DNA from: an uncultured candidatus Porisulfidus sp.
Lineage (GTDB): Bacteria > Pseudomonadota > Gammaproteobacteria > Poriferisulfidales > Poriferisulfidaceae
Direction: 5' to 3'
DNA: 64,000 nt
Assembly: GCA_965116025.1 (NCBI GenBank)
Contig: OZ220480.1
Span: 1,376,001-1,440,000, forward strand
Shown here: one piece after another, positions 1-11,386 of the stretch
How the letters are laid out: each line of letters opens with the position of its first letter
Numbering within the stretch: position 1 is the stretch's first letter
Translations under genes and position numbers: made by a program
The notes under the pieces: model-generated
Seen by the model: only the letters and a program-made list of their open reading frames with translations
Database searches by the model: none
Told to the model about the DNA's origin: nothing

Positions 1-384
1 AGCGTCATCTACGGGATTGGGTCCGGTACTCGCTGGTATCGGACCTTATTTCTGGAGGAGATATCCAAGGATTACGTTCGAACCGCGCGCGCTAAGGGCC
101 TGTCCGAGCAATGGGTACTGTTCCGGCATGTCCTACGCAACGCCCTGATCCCGATCTTGACCGGGGTGGTAGTGATTCTGCCGTTGCTGTTCATGGGCAG
201 TCTCATCACGGAGTCATTCTTTGGTATTCCCGGGCTCGGTAGCTACACCATCGACGCGATTCAGCGGCAGGATTTCTCGATCGTGCGAGCGATGGTGTTC
301 CTCGGCACGGTGCTCTACATCCTGGGCTTGCTGCTGACCGACATTTCCTACACTCTCGCGGATCCCCGCATCCGGTTACGCTGA
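1..384 (+). CDS. Peptide/nickel ABC transporter permease (OppB/DppB family), 5'-truncated by the window edge
   Basis: Frame 1 is open from base 1: ...DYVRTARAKGLSEQWVLFRHVLRNALIP...ITESFFGIPGLG...DPRIRLR, the EAA loop and C-terminus of OppB-type permeases. Confidence 0.9.
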   Translation, partial: SVIYGIGSGTRWYRTLFLEEISKDYVRTARAKGLSEQWVLFRHVLRNALIPILTGVVVILPLLFMGSLITESFFGIPGLGSYTIDAIQRQDFSIVRAMVFLGTVLYILGLLLTDISYTLADPRIRLR

Positions 385-386
385 TC

Positions 387-1757
387 ATGTGGGTCGTTCT
401 GCTGACCGATTTCTTTCTGTACCTGTTGCTGGCGGGCGTGGGGCTGTATGTCGGCTTCGTCCTGCGCACGCCGCATCTGCGGCAGGCTTGGCGATCCGTC
501 ATGACTCGGCGCGGCGGCGCGGTGTCGGCGGTGGCGCTGGGTTTCTTCGCGGCTATCGCGATTCTGGATTCGGTGCACTTCCATCCGCGTCTGGAAAGGC
601 CAGGTGATCAAGTGGAGTACTCGAACGAGATTATAAGCGTGTTCGATATCTTGGCCGGTCCTCTCCGGACCCAGGTTGAGCGGACTTACTCCGCGCCGTT
701 CGCGTATCGCGCGCATAGCAAGGAGACTCGGGAGACGCCGCGAGGGCGGGAGCGGGTCTACCCTCGCCTAGACTACGGGGGAGCCCATCTGAAGAATCCA
801 GAGCGGGAGCGTGGCTGGGATATCGCCATTCGGGTGGCGCGCGGAGTCTTGATCGGGGCCGGGTTGTGGGGAGCGCTGGCGCTCGGCGCCTGGGGGATCC
901 GCCGATGGTGGGGTGGATCGGCCCGACCTGCCGAAGGGCCGCCGATCCCGTGGCGGGCCGTGTCGATTACCGCTCTGCTGATCTTGATCTTGATCGGAGT
1001 CACCACGCAATTAGCTGGGGCCTATCACGTGTTCGGCACCGACAAGGTCGGAGAGGACGTGCTCTACCAGACCCTCAAGAGCGTTCGCACCGGAGTGCTG
1101 ATCGGCACCCTCACGACCCTGATCATGCTTCCATTCGCGATCGCGCTCGGTATCATGGCGGGCTATTACCGGGGATGGGTGGATGATGTCATCCAGTACA
1201 TTTACATCACGCTGAACTCGATTCCCGGCGTATTGCTAATCGCCGCGGCGATTCTGTCCCTGCACGTCTATCTGAACGCGCATGCCGACGAATACGCGAG
1301 TCTGGCGGAGCGCGCGGACCTGCGGTTGCTTTTTCTGTGCATGATCTTGGGGCTGACTAGCTGGACCGGGCTTTGCCGGTTGCTACGAGGAGAGGCGTTG
1401 AAGTTACGGGAGCACGAGTACATCCAGGCGGCGGTCGCGTTCGGGGTGTCGGGGCCGCGTATCCTTTTGCGGCATATCCTTCCGAACGTTATGCACATCG
1501 TGTTGATCACGGTCGTGCTGGACTTCAGCGGCCTAGTGCTGGCTGAAGCGGTGCTGTCGTACGTCGACATAGGGGTCGATCCCTCTATGAATAGCTGGGG
1601 GAACATGATCAACAGCGCGCGCCTCGAGATGGCTCGCGAGCCGCCGGTGTGGTGGTCGCTGACCGCCTCGTTCGTGTTCATGTTCGCTCTGGTGCTGTTC
1701 GCGAACTTGCTGTCGGACGCGGTGCGTGACGCGTTTGATCCGAGGGTAGGGCGGTGA
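387..1757 (+). CDS. Peptide/nickel ABC transporter permease (OppC/DppC family)
   Basis: FGTDKVGEDV, EYIQAAVAFG...RHILPN, C-terminal DAVRDAFDPR. Confidence 0.9.
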   Translation: MWVVLLTDFFLYLLLAGVGLYVGFVLRTPHLRQAWRSVMTRRGGAVSAVALGFFAAIAILDSVHFHPRLERPGDQVEYSNEIISVFDILAGPLRTQVERTYSAPFAYRAHSKETRETPRGRERVYPRLDYGGAHLKNPERERGWDIAIRVARGVLIGAGLWGALALGAWGIRRWWGGSARPAEGPPIPWRAVSITALLILILIGVTTQLAGAYHVFGTDKVGEDVLYQTLKSVRTGVLIGTLTTLIMLPFAIALGIMAGYYRGWVDDVIQYIYITLNSIPGVLLIAAAILSLHVYLNAHADEYASLAERADLRLLFLCMILGLTSWTGLCRLLRGEALKLREHEYIQAAVAFGVSGPRILLRHILPNVMHIVLITVVLDFSGLVLAEAVLSYVDIGVDPSMNSWGNMINSARLEMAREPPVWWSLTASFVFMFALVLFANLLSDAVRDAFDPRVGR

Positions 1758-3403
1758 GCGCACTCTTGGAGGTTCAGGGGCTTCGGGTCGCGTTCGGTTC
1801 CGGTCGAGACCGGGAGATCGCGGTCAAGGAGATTGGCTTCACCATCCCGAAGCGGGGAACGTTCGCGTTGCTCGGGGAGTCCGGTAGCGGCAAGTCAGTC
1901 ACCGCGCTGAGCGTGATGCGGCTTCTTCCAGAGACGGCCCGCGTCGAGGCTGGATCAATCCAGTTGAATGGGCGGGACTTGCTGGATCTTCCGGAAGCGC
2001 GGATGCGGGAAATTCGTGGCGGTACGGTCGGAATGATCTTTCAGGAGCCGATGATGTCCCTCAATCCGGTCATGACGGTGGGTCAGCAGATCCGTGAGCC
2101 ATTGCGCAGACATCGCCGAATGTCGAGAAAAGCCGGAATGGCGCGAGCGCTGGAGCTGCTCGACGCGGTGCGCGTCCCGGAGCCACGCCGGCGGCTGGAC
2201 GAGTATCCACATCAGCTGTCGGGCGGCATGAAGCAACGCGTGATGATCGCTGGGGCGTTGGCGGCGGAGCCTGACCTACTGATCGCGGACGAGCCGACCA
2301 CCGCGCTGGACGTCACGATCCAAGCGCAGGTTCTGGAGTTGCTACGCGACCTGCAACGAGATCTGGGCATGGCGATGTTGTTCATCACGCACGATCTGGC
2401 GGTCGCGAAAAGCATGGCGGACGCGGTCGCCATCATGCGACACGGAAAGATCGTGGAGACCGGACCCGCGGGAGAGTTTTTCGACAACCCCCAGCATGAG
2501 TACAGCCGAAACCTGTTCGCGGCGCTACCGGATATCTCCAAGCGAGGGCTTCGGCTTCATGGCGAAAAGTCCGAAGAGGCTAAAGATCCGATCAAGTCCG
2601 GGCCGACGGCGGATGCGGAGCCTTTGCTTGAGGTCGAGGATTTGCGGATACATTTTCCGATCCGTCGTGGCGTGTTCCGGCGAGTCGTTGGTAACGTCCA
2701 GGCGGTGGACGGCCTGTCTTTCACGATGCGCGAGGGAGAGACCTTCGCTCTGGTCGGTGAGTCCGGTTGCGGAAAGACGACTACCGGCAAGGGCCTGATC
2801 CGCCTGTTGCCCGTCACGCGGGGGAAAGTGCGCTATCGTGGGCGGGATCTGGTCCGCCTTGCCGGGCGCGAGATGGCCCCGTTCCGCTCGGAGCTGCAGA
2901 TCGTCTTCCAAGACCCGTTCTCGTCTCTCAATCCCCGGATGGTGATTGGCGATATCATCGCCGAGGGTATGCGGGTTCTGGACGTGGCGCGGGAGGTTGG
3001 CGAGCGGCGGGACAGGGTCGAGGAGTTGATGCGGCAGGTGGGACTCGAGCCTCGCCACCGGAATCGATATCCCCACGAATTCTCGGGCGGTCAGCGTCAG
3101 CGCATAGCGATCGCCCGCGCGTTGGCGGTCAATCCGAAACTAATTGTGTGCGACGAGCCAACCAGCGCGCTGGACGTCACCATCCAGGCGCAGATCCTGA
3201 ACCTGCTACGCGACCTTCAGGAAGAGCGTGGTCTGGCTTATTTGTTCATCACGCACAACATCGCGGTGGTGTCCTGGATGGCGCACCGCATGGCGGTCAT
3301 GCGTGAGGGACAGATCGTGGAGCAGGGCGACACGGTCGAGATTTTGCGGAACCCCCAGCACGAATATACGCGCGCGTTGCTGTCGGCGGTGCCTCGGCTG
3401 TAG
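1754..3403 (+). CDS. Peptide ABC transporter ATP-binding protein with two fused ABC domains
   Basis: Two Walker A motifs ([16 protein letters not shown]), LSGGMKQR and FSGGQRQR signatures, DEPT Walker B twice. Confidence 0.93.
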   Translation: MSALLEVQGLRVAFGSGRDREIAVKEIGFTIPKRGTFALLGESGSGKSVTALSVMRLLPETARVEAGSIQLNGRDLLDLPEARMREIRGGTVGMIFQEPMMSLNPVMTVGQQIREPLRRHRRMSRKAGMARALELLDAVRVPEPRRRLDEYPHQLSGGMKQRVMIAGALAAEPDLLIADEPTTALDVTIQAQVLELLRDLQRDLGMAMLFITHDLAVAKSMADAVAIMRHGKIVETGPAGEFFDNPQHEYSRNLFAALPDISKRGLRLHGEKSEEAKDPIKSGPTADAEPLLEVEDLRIHFPIRRGVFRRVVGNVQAVDGLSFTMREGETFALVGESGCGKTTTGKGLIRLLPVTRGKVRYRGRDLVRLAGREMAPFRSELQIVFQDPFSSLNPRMVIGDIIAEGMRVLDVAREVGERRDRVEELMRQVGLEPRHRNRYPHEFSGGQRQRIAIARALAVNPKLIVCDEPTSALDVTIQAQILNLLRDLQEERGLAYLFITHNIAVVSWMAHRMAVMREGQIVEQGDTVEILRNPQHEYTRALLSAVPRL

Positions 3404-3751
3404 TTTTCGGGTCTTGGCAGACGCGAATTCGCAGTTAATTGTGGTCGCATCTATATGGGCTTTATTCTGGCGATTGACGGTGCGGAACTGCAGAACCCGG
3501 AAATAGCGGCAACTCGCAGCACCCCATAGCGCACTGTGGCGGATGCCAAGTTGTACGCTCTCGTTGGGGGGACTCATCCTACCCCTCGAAAAATCAGCGC
3601 GCAGAAATGCTGCTATTCCCGGAATCACTGCCATCAACAGCAGAAGCCAGCCGAGCCCATGGTCGTGAACGCCTCCGGTATCATGCCCATAGGCGGGCAG
3701 GGCGGCCGACAATGCGAATAATACGCTCGTGATTCGATTGAAAAGTCGCAT
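3206..3751 (-). pseudogene. Possible degenerate HupE/UreJ-like gene, or small exported membrane protein, after ureG
   Basis: N-terminus MRLFNRITSVLFALSAALPAYGHDTGGVHDHGLGWLLLLMAVI has a signal peptide, His residues and a TM segment, with GGAGG upstream; the rest looks noncoding and overlaps the convergent ABC gene. Confidence 0.3.
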
Positions 3752-3800
3752 GAGTTCCTCCGTATGGTTCGAAATTCAGTAGAGTCCGGCCCGCTCTCGA

Positions 3801-4421
3801 TCAGTCTCCGTCCGGATCGTCAAGCCCGCCAGCGGTCAGCACGAAATCGACGATTTCGGCAACTCCCTCTTGGGCCTTCAGGTTGCTGAATAGGAATGGC
3901 CGGGTTCCGCGCATGCGCCGGGAGTCTCGCTCCATTACCTCAAGACTCGCGCCGACCAGCGGAGCCAGATCGGTTTTATTGATTACTAGGAGATCGGAGC
4001 GCGTGATGCCGGGGCCACCCTTGCGCGGGATCTTGTCGCCGGCGGAGACATCTATCACGTAGATAGTGATATCGGCGAGTTCTGGGGAGAACGTGGCGGC
4101 GAGATTGTCGCCACCGGACTCGATCAGCACGATGTCCAGATCTGGAAAGCGCGTCACCATGTCGCCGATGGCTGCCAGGTTGATCGAGGCATCTTCACGG
4201 ATCGCCGTGTGCGGGCAACCGCCGGTTTCGACTCCGCGGATCCGCTCTGAGTCCAGCGCGCCGGAGCGGATCAAGAAACGCGCGTCCTCCTCGGTGTAGA
4301 TGTCGTTGGTGATGGCCGCGATTTCATGACTCTCGCGCAACCGCTTGCACAAGGCATCCATCAACGCGGTCTTTCCGGTGCCGACCGGGCCGCCAATACC
4401 GACGCGAAAGGGCTTGCTCAT
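3801..4421 (-). CDS. ureG: Urease accessory GTPase UreG
   Basis: [10 protein letters not shown]-loop, [25 protein letters not shown]. Confidence 0.97.
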   Translation of the reverse strand: MSKPFRVGIGGPVGTGKTALMDALCKRLRESHEIAAITNDIYTEEDARFLIRSGALDSERIRGVETGGCPHTAIREDASINLAAIGDMVTRFPDLDIVLIESGGDNLAATFSPELADITIYVIDVSAGDKIPRKGGPGITRSDLLVINKTDLAPLVGASLEVMERDSRRMRGTRPFLFSNLKAQEGVAEIVDFVLTAGGLDDPDGD

Positions 4422-5146
4422 GATCGGAACAGTCGAGTGTACTGGGTTTCATGGCGGGAGGAGGTCCAGTCCACCATCAGGGCGGCCTGGCCGATGTCTT
4501 CACGGTCTCTGCGCATGGCTTCTTCGGCCGCCCGCAGTATGACTGGCTCCAATTCGGCCAGCGCTCGCTGCCCGTCGCTCTGTCCGAGGGGGATCAGCCG
4601 GATGCCGGCGGACACCAGATTCGCGGCCATCGCGTGAAGGTAGGAGGTCAGCGCGGGTTTCAGCGGAATGTCATGCGCCGCCGTAGTAGCCCCGACCGCG
4701 ACCGGATAGACCATCGGGCGTTGACGCTCCGCAGCTTTCTCGCGGGCCCAGTCGAGCGCGTCGGCTGGCCATGGCTGAGCGGCGGCGGTTAGGAATGCTT
4801 GGCCCTGATGCTCGGTTTCCTCGCCGATCTCTCGGGTCGCTCGCATAGCATCGCCGCGCTCCAGAGCCCAGAGGAACAGATGCTCGTCACGTTTTTGGAC
4901 CGCTTCGTGCGCGGCTCGGTACAAATCCGCGTCGACGCGTCCGCTACCGGTCTCGATGATCTCGGAAACCCAATCACGTAGCGTGTCTCGGTCATGTACC
5001 AGGCCAGCTTCCACGGCATGCTCGATGCCGTGGGAGTAGCTGTAGGCGCCGATCGGGAAGGATGGCGACATCCAGTTCATTAGGCGGATCAGTCGAGCGT
5101 CCTCGACCGGAAACTCTCGGAATTTCATGCATTCGCTAATGTTCAT
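4418..5146 (-). CDS. ureF: Urease accessory protein UreF (start 5146 or 5128)
   Basis: [29 protein letters not shown]-terminal [11 protein letters not shown]. Confidence 0.95.
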   Translation of the reverse strand: MNISECMKFREFPVEDARLIRLMNWMSPSFPIGAYSYSHGIEHAVEAGLVHDRDTLRDWVSEIIETGSGRVDADLYRAAHEAVQKRDEHLFLWALERGDAMRATREIGEETEHQGQAFLTAAAQPWPADALDWAREKAAERQRPMVYPVAVGATTAAHDIPLKPALTSYLHAMAANLVSAGIRLIPLGQSDGQRALAELEPVILRAAEEAMRRDREDIGQAALMVDWTSSRHETQYTRLFRS

Positions 5147-5600
5147 GTCGTCCGTCGCCGCGCGCGGCGTAGGCTCCAGGCTCTGGGGAGAATGGCGCTT
5201 GGCGTGGCTGGATCTGGGCGCCCAGTCGCCGGGCCATCTCGACGATGACGTGATCATTCCGGATTCGCAGCGCGCCGTCCGGTAGCGTTTGGATCGGGAT
5301 ATGGCGGTTTCCGATATGCCAAGCGACCTGGGCCGTTTCGGAGACGGTCGGGCAACTCAGGTCTACGACCGATTCCGCCGCCGCCACGACGCGCACGTAT
5401 CCACCGTTCTCCAGTTCCAAGCCGTCGCCTTCGTCGAGGCGGGCCGCATGGGGCAAATCCAAAAGAAACGGCTCTCCCGAATCCGCTACGAGCCGGATCC
5501 GGCGGCGGTGCCGCCCGTCGTAATCCAGGGTGACCGTAGCGCGTTCCCGCTCGGCGGGCCACTCGTTCGCCAAGGAGACGGTCGTTGCTCGTCCCAGCAT
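5136..5600 (-). CDS. ureE: Urease accessory nickel chaperone UreE
   Basis: LDYDGRHRRRIRL, AWHIGNRH, FSPEPGAY; its ATG overlaps the ureC stop (TGATG). Confidence 0.93.
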   Translation of the reverse strand: MLGRATTVSLANEWPAERERATVTLDYDGRHRRRIRLVADSGEPFLLDLPHAARLDEGDGLELENGGYVRVVAAAESVVDLSCPTVSETAQVAWHIGNRHIPIQTLPDGALRIRNDHVIVEMARRLGAQIQPRQAPFSPEPGAYAARGDGRHEH

Positions 5601-7309
5601 CAGAACAGGAAATAGCGTTGCGCCATCGGTAACTCGCTCGCTGGCTCGCAGGTCAGTAGATCGCCGTCGGCGCGCACCTCGTACGTCTCCGGGTCCACCT
5701 CCATCTGAGGCATCGCGTCGTTTAGGATCATGTCCGCCTTGGAGACTCGGCGGGTGCCGGATACGGGCAATAGGGATTTCGACAGACCCAACTGATCTTT
5801 CAGTCCCGCGTCCGCTCCCGCCCGGGACACGAACGTGACCGCGCTTTCGGTCATTGAGCGCCCGAAGTTTCCGAACATGGGCCGGTAGCGGACTGGCTGG
5901 GGAGTGGGGATGGAGGCGTTCGGGTCGCCCATCGCGGCGGCGGCGATCGTGCCGCATTTGAGAACTAAATCGGGCTTTACTCCGAAGAACATCGGCTTCC
6001 ACAGTACCAGGTCCGCCAGCTTTCCGACCTCGACGGATCCGACATGCTCCGCGACCCCGTGGGTCAGCGCCGGGTTGATGGTGTATTTAGCGATATAGCG
6101 ACGGACCCGCAGGTTATCGTTGTCGCCGGTCTCCTCTGGAAGTCGCCCTCGTTGCTTTTTCATCTTGTCGGCCGTCTGCCACGTGCGCAGGATGACCTCC
6201 CCGACCCGGCCCATCGCTTGGCTGTCGGAGGCGATCATCGAGAAGGCCCCGAGATCGTGCAGGATATCCTCGGCCGCGATGGTCTCGCGCCGGATACGGC
6301 TTTCCGCGAAGGCGATATCCTCCGGGATGCGGGGGTCTAGATGATGGCAGACCATCAGCATGTCGAGATGCTCGTCCACCGTATTGATGGTATACGGGCG
6401 GGTCGGGTTGGTGGAGGAGGGCAACACGTTGCGTTCCCCGCATAATTTGATGATGTCGGGCGCGTGGCCGCCGCCCGCGCCCTCGGTGTGGAAAGCGTGG
6501 ATCGCCCGTCCCTGAAACGCGGCCACGGTGTTCTCCACGAAACCGGATTCGTTCAGGGTGTCGGTATGGATCGCGACCTGCACGTCCATCTCGTCGGCGA
6601 CCGACAGGCAGTTGTCGATGGCGGCCGGGGTCGTGCCCCAGTCCTCATGCAGCTTGAGCCCGCAGGCGCCCGCCTCGATCTGCTCTCTCAGGGCAGGAGG
6701 CCGGGTGGCGTTGCCCTTGCCGAAAAACCCGAGATTCATCGGGAAGCCCTCGGCCGCTTGCAGCATGCGCGCGAGATGCCAGGGCCCGGGCGTGCAGGTG
6801 GTGGCGTTGGTGCCTTCGGCTGGACCGGTGCCTCCGCCGAGCATGGTGGTGACCCCGGAATACAGGGCCTCGTGGATCTGCTGAGGGCTGATCCAGTGGA
6901 TGTGCGCGTCGATTCCGCCGGCCGTCAGGATGCGGCCCTCGCCGGCGATCGCCTCGGTTCCGGGTCCGACCACGATGTCCACGCCCGGCTGCACGTCTGG
7001 ATTGCCTGCCTTGCCGATGCCCGCGACGCGTCCGTCCCGGATCCCGACGTCGGCCTTGACGATGCCCCAGTGGTCGACGATCAGGGCGTTGGTGATGACG
7101 GTATCGACCGCGCCGTTGGCGCGGCTGGCCTGGGACTGCCCCATGCCATCCCGGATCACCTTGCCGCCGCCGAACTTGACCTCCTCGCCATAGTGGGCGT
7201 GGTCCCGCTCCACCTCGATGAACAGGTCGGTGTCCGCCAGACGGACCCGGTCGCCGACGGTCGGCCCGAACATGGCCGCGTAGCTGGTCCGATCAATGCT
7301 GTAGGCCAT
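5600..7309 (-). CDS. ureC: Urease subunit alpha
   Basis: [49 protein letters not shown]. Confidence 0.99.
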   Translation of the reverse strand: MAYSIDRTSYAAMFGPTVGDRVRLADTDLFIEVERDHAHYGEEVKFGGGKVIRDGMGQSQASRANGAVDTVITNALIVDHWGIVKADVGIRDGRVAGIGKAGNPDVQPGVDIVVGPGTEAIAGEGRILTAGGIDAHIHWISPQQIHEALYSGVTTMLGGGTGPAEGTNATTCTPGPWHLARMLQAAEGFPMNLGFFGKGNATRPPALREQIEAGACGLKLHEDWGTTPAAIDNCLSVADEMDVQVAIHTDTLNESGFVENTVAAFQGRAIHAFHTEGAGGGHAPDIIKLCGERNVLPSSTNPTRPYTINTVDEHLDMLMVCHHLDPRIPEDIAFAESRIRRETIAAEDILHDLGAFSMIASDSQAMGRVGEVILRTWQTADKMKKQRGRLPEETGDNDNLRVRRYIAKYTINPALTHGVAEHVGSVEVGKLADLVLWKPMFFGVKPDLVLKCGTIAAAAMGDPNASIPTPQPVRYRPMFGNFGRSMTESAVTFVSRAGADAGLKDQLGLSKSLLPVSGTRRVSKADMILNDAMPQMEVDPETYEVRADGDLLTCEPASELPMAQRYFLF

Positions 7310-7312
7310 GGC

Positions 7313-7624
7313 TCAGTCTTCCAGCGGTCCGTTGACGGCTCCGTTGAAGCCGTAGACTCGTCGCTCGCCAGCGTACGGCGTTAGGGTCACCTCTCTGCGC
7401 TGTCCTGGCTCGAAGCGAACGGCCGTTCCGGCCGGGATGTCGAGGCGTCGCCCGCGCGCGGCCTCGCGGTCGAAATCGAGCGCCGCGTTGGCCTCGTGAA
7501 AATGGTAGTGGGAGCCGACCTGAATCGGCCGGTCGCCGGTATTGGCCACGATTAGGGTCACCGTGTCGCGACCCTCGTTGAGCGTCAGCTCGCCTTCGGT
7601 CGGGAGGATCTCTCCGGGAATCAT
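7313..7624 (-). CDS. ureB: Urease subunit beta
   Basis: MIPGE...[13 protein letters not shown]...[15 protein letters not shown]. Confidence 0.98.
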   Translation of the reverse strand: MIPGEILPTEGELTLNEGRDTVTLIVANTGDRPIQVGSHYHFHEANAALDFDREAARGRRLDIPAGTAVRFEPGQRREVTLTPYAGERRVYGFNGAVNGPLED

Positions 7625-7627
7625 GGA

Positions 7628-7930
7628 TCAGCGGATCGGGTCGTGGACGGTGACCAGTTTGGTCCCGTCGGGAAAGGTCGCCTCGACCTGGATGTCGCGG
7701 ATCATGTCCGCCACGCCGTCCATCACCTCGTCACGGCCGAGCACCGTGGCGCCATCGCGCATCAGTTCGGCGACGCCGCGTCCGTCTCGCGCGCCCTCGA
7801 CCACGAAGTCGCTGATCAGCGCCACCGCTTCCGGGTGATTGAGCTTGACTCCGCGCGCTCGCCTGCGGCGCGCCACTTCAGCGGCCATGGCGATGAGCAA
7901 CTTGTCTTTCTCGCGCGGCGTGAGATTCAT
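7628..7930 (-). CDS. ureA: Urease subunit gamma
   Basis: [11 protein letters not shown]...[17 protein letters not shown]. Confidence 0.98.
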   Translation of the reverse strand: MNLTPREKDKLLIAMAAEVARRRRARGVKLNHPEAVALISDFVVEGARDGRGVAELMRDGATVLGRDEVMDGVADMIRDIQVEATFPDGTKLVTVHDPIR

Positions 7931-7943
7931 GGCGCCTCCCCTG

Positions 7944-8780
7944 TCAAGCCTGCCACAAGGTGGGCATTATAGGCGGATAGCCAGCCAGGTGATGCCGGAA
8001 CGCCGCCCAGAACCGGCCGTAGGCATCGCGCAATTGCAGGCTATCCGGCCCGAGCCAGCGAATCACGAGGACCTTGCCCACGCGGCTCGCGCCCGCCCGC
8101 AGAGGGCGTTCCACCGTCTCGTCGATCAGTTCCCGGGCTGGCCCGATATGCTGGCGCGCGTCGGCACCGACGTAAAGGACGCTCGCGCACGCGCGAGCGC
8201 CGTCGAATCCCGCCGTGGCGGCGCGAACGCGCTCGATTCCAGAATCCAGATGCAGCGCGTCCGACCATATCAGGCGATCCTCCCAATAAACGTCCCAGGC
8301 GTCGCGTAGCAGTCCCTGGCGCATGCGCTCGCCCATGGCGACGCGACCGAGCACAATCATTTCTCCGCACAGCAGTCGCGCTCCTGGCATAGCCCGAATT
8401 TCGGTCGAGCGGCGTAGCCGCGACGAATCGAACAGAATGGTCTCTTGGGGTAGCCACTCCAGCCAAGAATCCGACTCGGCCCGCAACTCGATTCCGATAC
8501 GAGAGTCCGCGCCAGTGGAGCGGTAAATCTTCTCCGCCGCCTGCGCCAGCACCCGTCCAGCCGCGCCGCTCCGGCTCGACACTCGGATATTGAGGCGGTC
8601 GCCGCCGACCACGCCGCCTGAGATCGTGACCAAGACGCCGGTCAGAGGCTCGCCCGCGATAGGGCGCGGGAACAGCATGCGCAGCGGGTCGCGCTGGTAT
8701 AGCTCGCCGATCGCCGTGCCGTCTCGTCCCCTCTCGAAGGTCAAGGTCGCCGCGCCGTCCGTGATCGGAGACGCGCTCAT
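7944..8780 (-). CDS. ureD: Urease accessory protein UreD
   Basis: [26 protein letters not shown]; directly upstream of ureA. Confidence 0.95.
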   Translation of the reverse strand: MSASPITDGAATLTFERGRDGTAIGELYQRDPLRMLFPRPIAGEPLTGVLVTISGGVVGGDRLNIRVSSRSGAAGRVLAQAAEKIYRSTGADSRIGIELRAESDSWLEWLPQETILFDSSRLRRSTEIRAMPGARLLCGEMIVLGRVAMGERMRQGLLRDAWDVYWEDRLIWSDALHLDSGIERVRAATAGFDGARACASVLYVGADARQHIGPARELIDETVERPLRAGASRVGKVLVIRWLGPDSLQLRDAYGRFWAAFRHHLAGYPPIMPTLWQA

Positions 8781-9472
8781 ATGGTCAGGTGCCGGCGGAT
8801 ATCGTCCTCGCGGAAGCCTTGGATCGGGCCTGACAGGACGACTCGGCCCCGGTCCATGACCGCGATGTCGTCGGCTAGGTCGCGGGCCATCTCGTAGTAC
8901 TGCTCGACCAGCAGCACGGCCATGTCGCCGCGCTTGCCCAGCAATCGGATGACGTTCTCGATATCCTTGATGATGGACGGCTGGATGCCCTCAGTGGGCT
9001 CGTCGAGCAGCAGCAGGCGGGGGCGGGTCACCAGCGCGCGGCCGATTGCCAGCTGCTGTTGCTGACCGCCGGACAGATCGCCGCCGCGCCGGCCGAGCAT
9101 CTTTTTCAGGGCTGGGAACAGATCGAACACTTCTGGAGGAACGCTGGCCTCGCCGCGCGGGAGACAGTTGAAGCCGGTCATCAGGTTTTCCTCGACCGTC
9201 AGGCGCGGGAAGATGTCCCGACCCTGCGGCACGTAGGCGATGCCGAGGCGGGCGCGGCGGTGCGCCGGGAAGTGGGTGATGTCCTCGCCATCCCACAGGA
9301 TCCGCCCGTCGCGCGCCGGGATCTGCCCGGCCAGCGCGCGCAGGAAGCTGGTCTTGCCAACCCCGTTTCGACCCAGCAGGCAGGTGATGTGGCCACGTCT
9401 CGCGGAGACGCGGGCGTCGCGCAAGATATGGCTCGCGCCATAGTACAGGTTCACTCCGGTGGCGGAAAGCAT
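8777..9472 (-). CDS. urtE: Urea ABC transporter ATP-binding subunit UrtE
   Basis: GRNGVGKT, YVPQGRDIFPRLTV, LSGGQQQQLAIGRAL, DEPTEGIQPSII. Confidence 0.95.
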   Translation of the reverse strand: MLSATGVNLYYGASHILRDARVSARRGHITCLLGRNGVGKTSFLRALAGQIPARDGRILWDGEDITHFPAHRRARLGIAYVPQGRDIFPRLTVEENLMTGFNCLPRGEASVPPEVFDLFPALKKMLGRRGGDLSGGQQQQLAIGRALVTRPRLLLLDEPTEGIQPSIIKDIENVIRLLGKRGDMAVLLVEQYYEMARDLADDIAVMDRGRVVLSGPIQGFREDDIRRHLTI

Positions 9473-9473
9473 G

Positions 9474-10256
9474 TTATCGCCCCAGGTAGACCTCGATGAC
9501 GTGCGGGTCGGACTGGATCGCGTCCATCGGACCTTCGGCGATGACTTGGCCCTCGTCGAGCACCGTGACCCGGCAGTCCAAGCCGCGCACGAAATTCATG
9601 TCGTGCTCCACCACGACCAGCGCGCGCTCGCGCGCGATCTCGCGCAGGAGGTCGATGGTCTGCTCGGTCTCCGCGTCCGTCATGCCGGCCACCGGCTCGT
9701 CGAGCAACATTAATTCCGGCTCCTGCGCGAGCAGCATGCCGATCTCCAGCCACTGTTTCTGCCCGTGCGACAGCGCGCCCGCGACTCGGTCGCGCCGCGC
9801 GGCCAGTCGGGTGGTCTCGAGGATCCGCTCGACACGCTCGTCACGCTTCGGGACGATGTCGGAGAGCAGCGCGGACAGGACGCGGCGGTCGGCCTTCAGG
9901 GCGAGTGCCAGATTCTCAAGCACGGTCAGGCTCTCGAATACGGTCGGTTTCTGGAATTTCCGGCCGATCCCGAGGTTGGCGATCTCGGTCTCGCTGAGCT
10001 CGGTCAGGTCGACGCGGTCGGCGAACAGTACCTGGCCTCGGTCGGGGCGGGCGCGGCCCGTGACCACGTCCATCATGGTCGTTTTGCCGGCTCCGTTCGG
10101 GCCGATGATGGCCCGCATCTCGCCAGGATCGATGATCAGGCTCAGGGAGTTGAGCGCCTGGAAGCCGTCGAAGCTGACCGAGACCCCGTCCAGGTACAAC
10201 AGGGTTTCCGGGGCGATGGGGCAGGCCTCGGGGAGAGCGGCGTCAGGCGGAGGCAT
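9474..10256 (-). CDS. urtD: Urea ABC transporter ATP-binding subunit UrtD
   Basis: GPNGAGKT, GIGRKFQKPTVF, LSHGQKQWLEIGM, VIEVYLGR. Confidence 0.95.
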   Translation of the reverse strand: MPPPDAALPEACPIAPETLLYLDGVSVSFDGFQALNSLSLIIDPGEMRAIIGPNGAGKTTMMDVVTGRARPDRGQVLFADRVDLTELSETEIANLGIGRKFQKPTVFESLTVLENLALALKADRRVLSALLSDIVPKRDERVERILETTRLAARRDRVAGALSHGQKQWLEIGMLLAQEPELMLLDEPVAGMTDAETEQTIDLLREIARERALVVVEHDMNFVRGLDCRVTVLDEGQVIAEGPMDAIQSDPHVIEVYLGR

Positions 10257-11385
10257 GAGAGTCCGAGCGCGCGACCTTCGCGATGGCGCGCCGCTCGCGC
10301 CATTGCCGAACCACGCCGACCAGCCCGCGCGGCATCAGCAGGGTGACCAGTATGAACAGGGCGCCTAGGAAGAACAGCCAGATTTCTGGCGCGATTCCGG
10401 TCAGCAGGCTTTTCGCGCCGTTGACCGCGACCGCGCCGGCGGCCGCTCCGAACAGGGTGCCCCGACCGCCGACCGCAACCCAGACCGCGACCTCAATGGA
10501 TTTGGCGGGCGCGAATTCCCCCGGGTTGATGATGCCGACCTGCGGCACGTACAGCGCGCCGGCGATGCCGGCCAGCACGGCCGACAGGGTGAACGCGAAC
10601 AGTTTGGCGTGGGTCACCTCATAGCCGAGAAAGCGCGCTCGGCTCTCGGCGTCGCGCGTCGCTATCAGCAATCGCCCGAGTTTCGAGACGACCACGTAGC
10701 GGCAGGCGAGGTACGCGAGCCCCAGCGCCACCGCCGAGGCGAGGTACAGCCCGACTTTGGTGGATTCCGCCGATAGGTCGAAGCCGAGAAGATCCTTGAA
10801 ATCGGTCAGCCCGTTGTTTCCTCCGAAGCCCATTTCGTTGCGGAAGAACGCCAGCATCATGGCGAACACCATGGCCTGGCTGATGATGGAGAAGTACACG
10901 CCGGTGATTCGGGAACGGAAGGCCAGCCAGCCGAACGCGAACGCGAGCGCCCCAGGCGCCAGCAAGGCCATGAGCGCGGCGAAGGCGAAATTGTCGAATC
11001 CGTACCAGTACCAAGGCAGTTCCTTCCAGTCCAGGAACACCATGAAGTCGGGCAGTTCCGGATGTCCGTACACGCCGCGCTCCCCGATCTCGCGCATCAG
11101 ATGCATGCCCATCGCGTAGCCGCCGAGCCCGAAGAACGCGCCATGACCAAGGCTCAGGATTCCGGCGTAGCCCCAGATCAGGTCCAACGCCAGCGCCAGC
11201 ATGGCGAAGCACAAGAACTTGCCAAGCGTGGTGACCCAGAAAGTCGGCACGTGCAACCAGGCGTCTTCTGGCACGACCAGATTCAGCGTCGGCACTACCA
11301 CGATCAGCGCCCCGGCGAGTCCCCAGAACGCCATCCATCCGCGGCGCGATTCCAAGGCGAGCAGGCGCGAGGTCAAGGGGCCCAT
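10243..11385 (-). CDS. urtC: Urea ABC transporter permease UrtC
   Basis: LALDLIWGYAGILSLGH, LPDFMVFL, FGGNNGLTDF, VAVGGRGTL. Confidence 0.95.
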   Translation of the reverse strand: MGPLTSRLLALESRRGWMAFWGLAGALIVVVPTLNLVVPEDAWLHVPTFWVTTLGKFLCFAMLALALDLIWGYAGILSLGHGAFFGLGGYAMGMHLMREIGERGVYGHPELPDFMVFLDWKELPWYWYGFDNFAFAALMALLAPGALAFAFGWLAFRSRITGVYFSIISQAMVFAMMLAFFRNEMGFGGNNGLTDFKDLLGFDLSAESTKVGLYLASAVALGLAYLACRYVVVSKLGRLLIATRDAESRARFLGYEVTHAKLFAFTLSAVLAGIAGALYVPQVGIINPGEFAPAKSIEVAVWVAVGGRGTLFGAAAGAVAVNGAKSLLTGIAPEIWLFFLGALFILVTLLMPRGLVGVVRQWRERRAIAKVARSDSHASA

Positions 11386-11386
11386 A

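Noticed and set aside
1-3403. ABC transporter as the nickel importer for urease
   Set aside because: It is convergent rather than co-transcribed, and the binding protein is outside the window, so the substrate cannot be assigned
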